Shown here piece by piece: positions 25,453 to 38,911 of a stretch of 51,707 nt of DNA. Origin of the DNA: Octopus bimaculoides (lineage: Eukaryota). The stretch spans positions 11,375,157-11,426,863 of the forward strand of contig NC_068992.1 in NCBI RefSeq assembly GCF_001194135.2, written 5' to 3'. The stretch's first letter is position 1. Each line of letters starts with the position of its first letter. The notes below the pieces were generated by a model. The model was given only the letters and a program-made list of their open reading frames with translations, was not told the DNA's origin and searched no databases. Both the position numbers and the translations under genes were made by a program.

Positions 25453-26409
25453 ATCATCACCATCATCACCATTGCAGTCATCATAATCATCATCATTTTT
25501 GTCATAATCGTCATCTTCAACATCGTATCCATCATCACCATCAACAACGATAACACCACCACCACAATCTTCTTCATTATCAACATCATCATCATCATTA
25601 TTGTCATCATTGTCATTGTCATTATCATTTTCATCCTTATCATCATCATCACCAACTTCGTAATGTCTGTTTTACTGTGTTGGCACGAGTTGGAATGGAT
25701 TTGCAATTCACCATCTTGTTATGAATCTCAGCCTGTTGTTAAACCAAATGATCAGATGCTAAATTCCATGTCTGAGCTAGCCTTCCCTTGTTTTTCTTTT
25801 TTTTTTTTTTTTNNNNNNNNNNTTTTTTTTTTTTTTTTTTTTTTCCAAAATCCTCAATATTCTACCTCGATTACAAATACATTCTACAACCAGCCTACAA
25901 CCTACAACATATTCTTACTTCACGTTATCCAGAGTTACAACAACATATCAATGCCAACCTTACTGCATCACTTGCTTTTCTGAACTCACTTTTACTAATG
26001 TAATAATACATTTAATTTTATCATCTTTCGTTTGATAAACAAAAACCAGTCACTGATCGTGATCAAATAAACACAAATGCTTCATTAGATCTCACTGAAG
26101 TAAAAAACTACAGATTATCTTTAATCTTTACCCAGACAACCCTTGTCAGCATGGTGAAATGGATGTTAAAATAATGGTAATGAGATGCAATTTGGTTCTT
26201 CTATGTTAGAATGCTTTGGATAGTTATTCTACTTCTGATATGTACAAATAAATTCATGGAGTGCATATTTTTAAAGCTGACTGTGCAACTTAATGTAATT
26301 CTGTCAAATAATATAAAATTTTAGTGACCCCTATCTTTGTGCTAGGATGATTGTGAAACATGAAATAACATATCTAATTTGCGTTACAGCAAAGCAAAAT
26401 TCTTTTATT

Positions 26410-26860
26410 GACTGTGTGGTTAAGAAATTCACATTATAACCACATGGTTTTAGGTTCAGTCCTATGGTGTGATATCTTTTACTCTAGCCCCAGGCTGACC
26501 AAAGACCTGAGGGTGTACTTGATAGACAGAAACCAAAAGATGCCTAATCTATATAATGTACGTATGTGTATGTGTATGAATGTGAATGAATGTAAAGACA
26601 TATGTGTACCTTTGTATCTCCTTGTTCTTGCACCATGTGATAGTTGCAAGTGAGCTTTATCATATATGCAGTGCTGTGTGCTTTTAAATCCTTCGTGAAA
26701 AATATGTTGGTTGATGAAGAAATATCACCTTGCTTGGAAACAGGTGAAAGTTAGTAACAGGAAAGGCATACAATTGTAGAAAATCTGCCTCAACAAATTC
26801 TATCTGACCTATGCAAGCATGGGATTGTGGGCACTAAAACAATAATGATGCTGATGATGA
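26410..26860 (+). mobile_element. Near full-length decayed SINE family B
   Basis: tRNA-like head gactgtgtggttaagaa...ggttcagtcc, internal (TG) stretch, cttggaaacaggtga..ggaaaggcat...gtagaaa body and (GAT)n tail. Confidence 0.75.
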
Positions 26861-28714
26861 TAATATGAGAGATAATTTTTAACTGTGGTCTATAGCCTGT
26901 TTCTTTGAAACAGTTGCAGTTACTGAGCTGGTGCTAAATATGCCTAATTGTTTGTTATTAGGGAAACCTTTGAACCAGTAGGAGCCAATAGTGTGTCTAT
27001 GACCAATTCGTAGGTCTAGAACCCTTAATATATTAGCTGTCTTGTATGATGGTCAAAGGTGGTTGTCTGATCAGTAGTGTAACAGACAATTCTTTGTTCA
27101 TATATGTGCTAACATTCTTAAAATAAGAAACATATATTTTAAGTCTTAAATCATTAATTGTTGCATTCAGATCTAGATTGTTGAGCAGACAGTGGTGATC
27201 TTCATGCAGAGCAGTATATATATATATCTATATTTACAGCACCAGATCTATGAGTTGGTCATAAACATTCAGTGAATTAGCACTGGCTTAGAAGTCTCTT
27301 TGATAACAGGCAATTGAGGACATGTAGTACCAACTCAACAACTATAGCTATGTTTCAATTCTCCAAAAGCAGCTTGCAGTTGAGTACAGCAACATAAGCC
27401 TATCAATAATGCTTCAACATAAAAAGCCATCAATTACTACAGATAAGAAGATCAATACCTAAACATAAAAATGCCAACAGCTTAAAAAGGGATGACCATA
27501 TAAAAAAAAAAAAACTTTATTGCATTACTTTGGTGTCATGATTCATTTACAGCAATATTATAATGATATTTTTAATCAAACTATTTTTGTTGTTTTTCAC
27601 AATCAGTCTAGTAGTGACATTTATTAGATGGTGATGTTAATAATGTCCTACTGTACATACATTATATGTACAATGAGATATGTTTTATTAGAATGAGTTA
27701 TGGTGCTAAGTATTGCTAATTTGGATCATATTTCAGCTAATACTATGCAATAAAAGTGACACTAATTATTTTATAAATTCATATTTACATTCAGTTATTA
27801 TCTGCTATTATATTTAAACTATGTCTGCATTAAAAATTGTCTTTTTTTTTAGTATAATAATAACATCCTGAAAGTGATATATGTATATTTTACATGAAAT
27901 AAAAATCATTAAATATAAAATTAAAAATTAAGTAAACTATCTGGTGTCTTAATTCCTCCATTTACACAATTATTGAATTGCAGAAATATTTTTTGAAATG
28001 ACTATTAAGAATAGGTTGATACGATAATGGTTGTAGAAATTCTAAATTAGATATAGCCTGAATGACAAAAACAGGAACTATAAGAACAATGGCATATTTT
28101 ACTATGCATTATTTCACATGATTTCAATCTAAAAGTTATCTTTGCTTCTATTACAAGTAAATTCTTAACTATTTACCTAGAAGATATTTATATTTCCATA
28201 ATTATAAAATGGAAAATTGCTTTGAATATTTCCTTGTTTATTTATCTTTTTTTTCTTTTGAATCAGAAGCTAATTTTGAATTCCTAATTATCACATGCAA
28301 ATGATACACTGAATGCTAAATGAATTAAAACTTTTCATTGTATTTCTTTTAATGTATTGCTGCTTAAGTATTATATTAGTTTATAGCTGATACATTTACA
28401 AATCTGCATTTCTATGACTCAGTGTGCTTTCTCATTGCTTTCTCTAGATTGGCATGTAACTCAAAGATTTATTTTAGAGGAAATGGAAAATGCTAGTTGT
28501 GATGTTCAGACATTTTCCAAAAAGACATTAAAGATGTAAATCAACAGAAGTAGCAACAACTAGATTGTTTTCAATGAGCTAACCTCTTAACAATAGATAG
28601 TTGGCATTTAAATACATTATTTAATGGTAAATAAGAAAATATATTTGCTTGTTGAGACATAATGCAAACTTTGTTTCCATGGTAATGCATTTGGAGCAAA
28701 TCTTTTCAATAAAG

Positions 28715-28862
28715 CATGAGCATGAGTTTGTGATTAAGAAGTTTCCTTTTCAACCCCGTGGTTCTGGGTTCATTCCCAACACATGATACTTTTTGTCTAC
28801 TGTAGTCCTGGGCTAACCAGTTCTATGTGAGTGTATTCAGTAGACAAAAACGGAGATAAGCC
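28715..28862 (+). mobile_element. SINE family B 5' half, decayed
   Basis: gtgattaagaagtttccttttcaaccccgtggttctgggttcattccc...gtagacaaaaacggagataagcc. Confidence 0.6.
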
Positions 28863-28934
28863 ATTATCATTTTACTATCTATCTATCATCTGTCTATCTA
28901 TCTATCTCTCTCTCTATCTATCTATCTATCTATC

Positions 28935-29150
28935 TTATTTCTTTACTGCCCACAAGGGGCTACACACAGAGAGGACAAACAAATTAAGCCGAATATCAAC
29001 CCCAGTGCATAATTGGTACTTATTTAATCGACCCCGAAAGGATGAAAGGCAAAGTCAACCTCGACAGAATTTGAACTCAGAACGTAGTGGCAGATGAAAT
29101 ACCACTAAGCATTTTGTCCGGCGCGCTAACATTTCTGCCAACTCGCTGCC

Positions 29151-29152
<2 letters not shown>
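28935..29152 (-). mobile_element. Young SINE family A embedded in a (CTAT)n array
   Basis: Complete family A core and head with CpGs retained. (CTAT)n lies on both flanks. Confidence 0.9.
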
Positions 29153-29192
<40 letters not shown>

Positions 29193-29199
29193 CATTATT

Positions 29200-29289
<90 letters not shown>

Positions 29290-30368
29290 TAGACACACAC
29301 ACATACACGGAAAATTTGACTGGTGACTGCTGTTGCTGCCATTACCATCTCTGGTTGTTTTCTGCTTCTGAGGCAGAGAGAAATAGGATTTGATAAGTAA
29401 TTGAAGAGGTGGAGAAATTTTCCTCAAGGGGAGAGAATCATTGAGATAGAGAGAGAGAGAGAGAGATTTTATTTCTTTTATATATTTTATTATGTGAGCA
29501 GATATATGAAACATTCTGCATTGAAAAGTGTTCCTTCTGCTTGCAACACATGGTGAGATCTGGTGTGCAATCTATTTACAGATTGTGATTGTGTTATAGT
29601 TAAGTGTCTTGAATATGAATATCGTACAGCAGGACCAGTTCTAGCACTGGATTCATGAGCTTTCATGATCCGCTATTGAACAGTTTATTAACTCAGTCAA
29701 GTTGAGATATCTATATGCCTGTATATAGCCTACAATAAATATAAATAACAAACTTAAAATTAAGTTGAATAATTTATAAATAATTTATGAATTATTTATA
29801 GGTACATAAGCAACATGTTAGGATACTTTCATTCACTGCCTGAAAAAAAACAAAGCCCATAGATATTTGTCTAAGTGACAGAAAGAATATCTTTTTGTTC
29901 TTTTTCCAACTGAAAAGAGAATATGAGAACTCTAAAGATATTAAGTACTTGAGTTTGTAGTGTTCTCCTTACTGCATACTTCCAATGTAATGATAGCATA
30001 CATTTAATGTGGATTGTTGATAGGGTTTTATTCTTAATAAGATCATAACAAAACTTCAAAAGGAAATCTTCAAAAGAATCAGTGCCTTAATTATGTGTGG
30101 TTATGTGCACACAAAACAAAGATGCATACACACACACACATATTTTGTACACATACATATATATATATGAGCATATATATACATATATATATATTCGTAA
30201 GTATGTATATATGTACATACACATACACACACACACACACACATATATGCTTGTAAATGAGTATATATGTAAGTATATATATATAAATTATATGTTGGAA
30301 AAATAAGAATGAACACAAGTTTTATGTACATATATATGTATATATATATATACATATATATCTATATA

Positions 30369-30403
<35 letters not shown>

Positions 30404-30422
30404 NNNNNNNNNNATATATACA

Positions 30423-30456
<34 letters not shown>

Positions 30457-31346
30457 TACACACATACACATTCATGTGTGTGTGCGTTGATGTGTGTGCG
30501 CGTGTGTGAAAGAAATAAAGAACAAGCAATGCAAAAGATGAAAAGGAAAATAAGCTTAACAGCTGTTATCTGCTGTAAAAATGGCATTTGGAAATTCAGA
30601 AGCAAATGTCTGGATTGCTGCATGATTTCTTCAGAAAATAACAGACTGCTTAATATCTATCAATGATATAGACTCAATTAAAAGTAAGTTGTTGTTCTCA
30701 ATGAGGAAATTAGAAGCGAGTGGATGGTAGTAGTAATGTGAATTGTGTTGTGTCTCTGGGAAATAAAACAAACGGTTGCAAGAGAAAGTAATAGAGACAT
30801 ATATCAAATTCTTAATGCCAAACTAAAACCATATTAGAGAACAAGAAAGAAACCCACTGGAAGAATGAGAACTTGGTGATAGCAAACACGGAATAGCAAT
30901 TTTTATGACAACATCATGCCAGCGTTCATATTTTAGGATTTTGTTATATTCAAACAACATATGTTATGAGTTTATTTCTCAAAATATGAGCAATTGTATC
31001 AAAATGGTAATTAAAAAATTAAATTAATTTTTATTTTACGTTTCAAAAATTTTTATAAGCTCTTAGTTCTGATACATTTTTACCAAAATTAGTAATTTGA
31101 GATTTAAATTGGAATTAATCTGATTCTAATTTTAATGTTATACTGTTGGAAATAATTTGAAAAGTAACTTTTTCTTTGAACTATCACACAAATATTGCTT
31201 ATGGATATTATAAAATTGATGAAATATATAAATTGTTATTTATATTTATATATAAAATTTATTAATAAGGGTAGAAATTGATATTAATCAATTAAAACCA
31301 GTGGTCTAGCATATTAAAAAAAATCCGAAGATTAAAATTATATTAC

Positions 31347-32048
31347 ATACAAAAATAAGAGCAATGACCAGCAAAAGTGGACTCCTATATGCTAGAAATA
31401 GATGCCGAATCATCTAACCACGAAGAAATNNNNNNNNNNNNNNNNNNNNNNNNNNNNNNNNNNNNNNNNNNNNNNNNNNNNNNNNNNNNNNNNNNNNNNN
31501 NNNNNNNNNNNNNNNNNNNNNNNNNNNNNNNNNNNNNNNNNNNNNNNNNNNNNNNNNNNNNNNNNNNNNNNNNNNNNNNNNNNNNNNNNNNNNNNNNNNN
31601 NNNNNNNNNNNNNNNNNNNNNNNNNNNNNNNNNNNNNNNNNNNNNNNNNNNNNNNNNNNNNNNNNNNNNNNNNNNNNNNNNNNNNNNNNNNNNNNNNNNN
31701 NNNNNNNNNNNNNNNNNNNNNNNNNNNNNNNNNNNNNNNNNNNNNNNNNNNNNNNNNNNNNNNNNNNNNNNNNNNNNNNNNNNNNNNNNNNNNNNNNNNN
31801 NNNNNNNNNNNNNNNNNNNNNNNNNNNNNNNNNNNNNNNNNNNNNNNNNNNNNNNNNNNNNNNNNNNNNNNNNNNNNNNNNNNNNNNNNNNNNNNNNNNN
31901 NNNNNNNNNNNNNNNNNNNNNNNNNNNNNNNNNNNNNNNNNNNNNNNNNNNNNNNNNNNNNNNNNNNNNNNNNNNNNNNNNNNNAGATGATTCGGCATCT
32001 ATTTCAAGCATATAGGAGTCCACTTTTGCTGGTCATTCCTCTTATTTT

Positions 32049-32053
<5 letters not shown>
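31347..32053. repeat. 69-bp inverted repeats flanking gap 31430-31984
   Basis: 31347-31415 and the reverse complement of 31985-32053 differ at 2 positions. Confidence 0.85.
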
Positions 32054-32083
<30 letters not shown>

Positions 32084-32136
32084 TCAAATATTTATATATA
32101 AATATACTTTTAATTTATATATTTATAGGCGGAGAC

Positions 32137-32227
32137 GGACTATATGTAATCTGAACCTTTCCCCCACTTATTTATTAATTTTTTTTACGGAAAATAAGGG
32201 GGGAAAGGTTCAGATTACATATAGTCC
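32137..32227. other. Perfect 29-bp-stem hairpin
   Basis: ggactatatgtaatctgaacctttccccc (32137-32165) pairs with gggggaaaggttcagattacatatagtcc (32199-32227) around a 33-nt AT-rich loop. Confidence 0.9.
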
Positions 32228-33916
32228 ATCTGGACCAAATAAACTGTATTTCAAACTAATTTCGCCTGCTTCTACTTGTTTATAGATGCATAAGTGTAAG
32301 TGTGTAGCATAGGTATTTCAATGCAAGTATCCAATTTCATGTTTTTCACCTGCATTCAATAACAATTTATTAAACACCTTGGCTGAATGTAAGTCTCTTC
32401 TCATGAATCTTAGTTTATATTGTGATGATTTGTAACAGTATAGTATAGGACAAGTACCAATTCTTTAGCTGTGTAGATAAAACCAAATCTTTGGTTAGAT
32501 GCATAGTAGTAAATATGATGTACTTCAACTAAAGTTGTGTATATTATCTATATCTTGCATTATAAAGCTGAATAAGTACCAAATCTTTAGCTAGGTATAG
32601 CTAAAGAAACTTCCAGAAACTTCATGGAATACCACGACAGCAAAAGACAGAAAGAAGATATGCATCCTGAAAGGAATACAGTCTTTGAAGAAGAATCTAC
32701 TGCAAAGTAATTTCCCATCAGTTGTATCATTATTAATAAACACAACATTGAATTTTGAACAAGGCTAGACCTGATACTTCAATGGTGCTTACTTTATAGA
32801 ACCTAAAAGAATGGACAGTAACTTTGAACTTGGCTGAATTTTCACTCAAAATGTAAATGGATGAGTGTAAATACAACAAGGCACAATGTACAAAGCTCTG
32901 CTGTTTCTGCCACTTTGTCACCGCCATCATTAGATACAAAATATTGAAAGAAAGGAATGGTTCTGATATTGAATTAAATTGTGCTGTTGGGATTTGATTA
33001 CCCCTGGAAGCAATTTAATTATTGTGTTATGGCAGCAAGTTTAGTACCACTTCAGCTGTAAAATTAGTTTTCTTAATAGGCATTTTCTATAGTAATTATC
33101 ATATTCTAATATATGATGACTAAAAAAAGCATTGTATGAATTGACAGCAAAAGTTATATTGAAGCAGGAAGTGAGAGAGGAGGGGTAGAAAGAGACAGGG
33201 AGACGAAGGTAAAAACAAACAGAGAGACCCTGAGATAAATAAGTATGGGGTCAGATTTCAGAAAACTAGGTCTCACTGACAAAATAATAGAATATAAATG
33301 CAATTAGTTTGTACGGCATTCATTCCTTGTTAATACAGTAAAATGGGCATTAAAACAATGACAATATACAACAATGATTCAGGTTTCACTGCATAATGAT
33401 GCATTCATTTAGCCCAGATTGCATTATCTCTAATAAACACCAATTCCTCATATAAAGCCATTTGGATGGCTGAAAAAGTAGAACTGGTTTAAAAGTTCTA
33501 TGGAAGAAATTATTATTTCTCCAGTAAGACTAAAAGAGTGTTTCACATAAATGGCTAAACTGATTGTAAAATACATCAGTTTTTCTTTCCTCTTTATTTT
33601 TTTTTTCTTGAAGAAAATGACGTTTTACATAAGAGAAACAAAAACACGATTGATATAGAAACAGAAGAACATTAGTTAATACGAAGTTGTGAGGCTTTTT
33701 TTGAAAAAAAAAATTCATTTTAACATGACATAATGGAAGTTATTTGCTGACATGTCTGGTGAAGAGAACACATTTCTGCATTATGTAAGGTTTCTCATCT
33801 ATGTACATATCAGACACCTGCACAAACACCCCCACCACCACCACACACACAAACTCATACATACATATATAATGTATGTATTTATATATAATTTCTATAA
33901 AATATGTGATGTGTAT

Positions 33917-33951
<35 letters not shown>

Positions 33952-34169
33952 ATATAATTTCTATACAAATTATTTATCAAATATATGTTATATACTTTTA
34001 TTTACTACACAGATACATCTGTTACATCTTTACCATCTTCTCTTCCCCCTCTCTCCCCTTTCTCTTTCCTACTGAGGTAGTCATGACACCTATTTGTGTG
34101 TCCCCCTCTCTTCATTCCCTAACCTGTCATCACCTGGCACAAAGCCACCTCCTTCAACACTGCTCCTGC

Positions 34170-34440
34170 TTCAGATGAGGTGAGGGTTCTCACCTTGTAA
34201 GCTATTTGGTGATCCCACTGTTGCTGATGCTTACATAAACAGTTCCCAGTACACTCTGTAAGGTGGTTTGGTGCTAGAAAGGGCATCCTTTCTTAGGAAC
34301 ACTGTCAAAGCAGACAGTAGAGCTTGGAGCAATCTTTTAACTTGCCAGTACCTGGCAAACCATCCGACCAATACCAGCATGGTAAACGGACATTAAATGA
34401 TGATGATGATGACGAAAATGACGACGACGACGATGATACA
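34170..34440 (+). mobile_element. Decayed RTE-type 3'-end repeat with (GAT/GAC)n tail
   Basis: cagtacactctgtaaggtggtttggtgctagaaagggcatc...ccagcatggtaaacggacattaaatgatgat. Confidence 0.7.
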
Positions 34441-36019
34441 TATGGGCATGTGTTTGTGTTTATACACACACACACACACACAGGAAATAATTGTACACAT
34501 TACACATGTATATGTAATTTAATTATTCCATTAAAGACATTGCAATAATTTTAAACCTGGGTATCAGGGATCAGCAAGAGACATAAGGTGCAGGTAGATC
34601 AATAGACAGGTAGACATGCTGACAGTTAGCTGTCAATGAGCTTTTAACTATGATAATTATATTCACATGAAATAATGACACATGTATTTGCTTCTTGTGC
34701 AAGAATTTCACTGAGTCAGTGGGAAAAGTGATGGTGGCAGTAGTAGAAATAGTAGAAGTAGTGGAGGCCTGTTGTTGGATTTTGGTTCTGAGAACTGATT
34801 CTCAGTACATAATCACTTGTTACAAGGTGTGCGACAAATAACTGTTTGTTTACTTATTTACATTCTCCGCTTTCTACTCCCCTTCCTCCTCCATTTCCTC
34901 ATCGTTAACCTTTTCATGTCTCTGTCAAGTGATGAGATATATTCTGACAGAAACTGAAATGCATTATTCAGAATTCCACAATGCTTATTGATTATTTTAG
35001 TCAGGTTAAAAGGTACATACAGCGTTTTATCTTGGATAACTTTGCTGAGCTCAGGAAAATAGGATTTTACCGAGATTTCATGTAGCACTTCATTTCATCT
35101 TTCAGCTGTATTTTTAATCTATATTTGATCCTGAATCCTAGCCACTTTAACTTAGCTCACTTGAATCAATGAATGAATGCAGGAAGTAAGAAATGTAATA
35201 AAAGCAGCCTGTGATTTTTAAATTTATCTTTGCGTAACCCTAAATAAATCCTTCTGCTCTTATACAACCAATTTTCACAAGTCACTAGATAGATATCCAG
35301 TAGATTTCCATTCTATTAGATTTTATTATTAGATTCTGTTTTGTAATATTTTGTATACAACGATTAAGGATAGCAAGTTAGCAGAAATCCCTTGAAGAAC
35401 TTAAAGTTCTGCCCTTCAGCATTTCGTGCTCAAATTTTGCTACTGTCATATATGCCTTTTGATCTTATTGAATTGATTAAATAAGAATCAGTTACATGGT
35501 GGGTTAACTAAAGACACAAACTTTGTATATATGTATGTAAAATCAATAAATAATAATGATCAGTAAATATGTATACTTATATGTATGTCTACATATATGT
35601 ATTGATGTATGTTTCTATATGTATTTATACACATGTATGTATATGTATGTTTATATATATATGCATATGTATATATACATATATATGTATACATATGTAT
35701 ATATATATATATATATATATGCATATGTATATATACATATAAATGTATACATATGTATATATATATGCATATGTATATGTATATATATGTATATATACAT
35801 ATATATATCTATATATATATATGCATACATACATACATACAGACATACAGACATATATTTGAAAAAGGAAAAGGATGACTTCAGTGGTAGTTCTAATCAA
35901 TTTAATTTTGTAATAATATAATTTTACAGTTTGGTATACATACATATATCTATATATAAACATTTATATTCACACGCACACGTGCATATACACACACACG
36001 TGCATATACACACACATAT

Positions 36020-36051
<32 letters not shown>

Positions 36052-37844
36052 CTATATGCATGCAAATATAAGTCTATATATATGTATGTTTACATGTACA
36101 TTAGTATACACATATATATACATAATTTTGTCTATGGTATATATATATATATATGTGCATATATGTATATGTATGCATATATTTATATATATATATATAT
36201 ATNNNNNNNNNNNNNNNNNNNNNNNNNNNNNNNNNNNNNNNNNNNNNNNNNNNNNNNNNNNNNNNNNNNNNNNNNNNNNNNNNNNNNNNNNNNNNNNNNN
36301 NNNNNNNNNNNNNNNNNNNNNNNNNNNNNNNNNNNNNNNNNNNNNNNNNNNNNNNNNNNNNNNNNNNNNNNNNNNNNNNNNNNNNNNNNNNNNNNNNNNN
36401 NNNNNNNNNNNNNNNNNNNNNNNNNNNNNNNNNNNNNNNNNNNNNNNNNNNNNNNNNNNNNNNNNNNNNNNNNNNNNNNNNNNNNNNNNNNNNNNNNNNN
36501 NNNNNNNNNNNNNNNNNNNNNNNNNNNNNNNNNNNNNNNNNNNNNNNNNNNNNNNNNNNNNNNNNNNNNNNNNNNNNNNNNNNNNNNNNNNNNNNNNNNN
36601 NNNNNNNNNNNNNNNNNNNNNNNNNNNNNNNNNNNNNNNNNNNNNNNNNNNNNNNNNNNNNNNNNNNNNNNNNNNNNNNNNNNNNNNNNNNNNNNNNNNN
36701 NNNNNNNNNNNNNNNNNNNNNNNNNNNNNNNNNNNNNNNNNNNNNNNNNNNNNNNNNNNNNNNNNNNNNNNNNNNNNNNTGTAGATACACACATACTGAT
36801 GTCAATTCAATTGACACATGTCCCCTAAAAAAAATAGGCCTTGTATTTTACATTTAGAAATCAATATATTAAATATCAATTTGTTTCATGTTTAGAGCAG
36901 AAAATATAACAAAAACATTGTAATGATTTCCTTTTATCGCTGTCTTAATGCAATAGAGTGAATTTCGGCAGCGGTGCCTGCATTGCTGTGTTAACAGAGT
37001 CAGCAACACAACGGAGATCAGAGGCGGGCCAACAAAAACCGAAAACAGAATTAGAACATGAAAGCTTATATATATATGTGTGTGTAGGGTGAGTGTAGTG
37101 GTGGTGGTGGTTGTGGTGGTGGTGGCGAAAAAATCTAATAATACTAATATTGAAAACCAAACAGGATGATTATGATGATGTTGATCAGGAAGAAGGTGAT
37201 GATGATCATGAGAATGTTGATGATAACAACGATGATGAGGAGGAGAAGGAGAGAATGATGATGATGATCAGCATCAACCAGTCAAAAAATAAATAAATAA
37301 ATAAATAAAAAATGTAAAATTAAGTGAAAGGGTTAAATTGCTTGCTCTACCTGAAAGCAGAATAAATTTGATACACTTTTTTTTTATCACATATAATTTC
37401 ATTCTTTTTCTAAACAATCACGTTATATTCTAATTTGTACTCAAGAATGATTTGATTATCAGAAACTATGTTGTCATTAACGATGAACATTTTCCAACAT
37501 CAAAACATGCATTAGCTGAAGAATAAAAACAGCTTTCATTTACTTATCTAAGTTACTTGCAGGAAAACAGCCAGTATTGTTGGAGATGATGATATCAAAT
37601 AATACATACCTGCAAAAGAGAGAGAGAGAAAAAAAAAAGTAAATAAAATATCTTAATACCTATGAAATAAATATTCTCTTTTGTTATATAAGAACCAATA
37701 CATTTATTGAGTAGGCTAATGGCATGTAATAAAATATTTATGATTAATATATCGTGGAAAATAGAAGAAAACAAAAACATGGTGAAGTCCGGAAACTAGA
37801 ACAACTTCTATGTTATATATTTTTTATATATGTGTGCCTATGTG

Positions 37845-37885
<41 letters not shown>

Positions 37886-38140
37886 AAAATCAAGTAAGGG
37901 TTGGTTTTGAGAAGGGCATCCAACTGTAGAATATTGCCTCAAATCTCATTCAGCCATACCAGTGTAGGTTGAAGTTGATTTGAAACAGTATCATCATCAT
38001 CATCATCATGCCAGTATGATGTTGAGGATGAGGATGATGATGGTGATGGAAGGCATAATATATTTACATCTATTTATCTATGTGTGTTTGTATGTCTATT
38101 TATATATGTATATGTGTGTGTGTATATATATACATATATA

Positions 38141-38178
<38 letters not shown>

Positions 38179-38614
38179 CACATGATCAAGTAGAAGCCCA
38201 GGATATGGGTGTTGCTCTGAATGGTTTTTGGATGTAGTTTACATGTGTGCACCAGCAGCATCTCAGATATGGTAGCACTATTTTATTGTTAATCGAGATG
38301 AAGCTGTGATGGGAAAATCAGTTACTGATCAATGAAGTAATTTCTGGCCATGAAGAGAAAGTCTAGTTTCTAATCCTAGGTTTTGGTAGGTAATTACGAT
38401 GAAATCATTAGGAATAAAATGAGATTGTGAGACCTTTGCATTTGTAGAGAATTTTAGGGATTTACTGCATTACTGCACGCCATCCAAGACATTAGAAAAT
38501 TAGGTTTAAAATTGTTTCTTTGATATGAGGAGACACTGTGTCTTCATAGTACCAACAAAGGAGATATGTTGGCATTGGTTTGTATAGGTATATAAATGTA
38601 TGTACATAGGTCTA

Positions 38615-38653
<39 letters not shown>

Positions 38654-38911
38654 NNNNNNNNNNTTATTGGTTATAGAGACACTGATATTTTTTTACATAC
38701 AATCACATGTGTGCATGCATGAATGAGACAGGAAAATTTAGTTTTGTTTATTTCCAACATTGTATTTATCTTTAAAAAGATTCAAAAGAGTTTGTGTTAC
38801 TTGGTAGTAATTTCATTTGTAGTTTGATGAGTCTGATTTTTAAACATAACTGTTATTGCAGGGGTTAGTGAAAGAAAAAGCATTATTATTATTATTATTA
38901 TTATAATTATT

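Noticed and set aside
26136-26176. Plus-strand exon-like segment encoding NPCQHG (EGF-like start)
   Set aside because: It is a decayed retroelement tail (caacccatgctagcatgg...gacgttaaa), and no further Cys residues follow.
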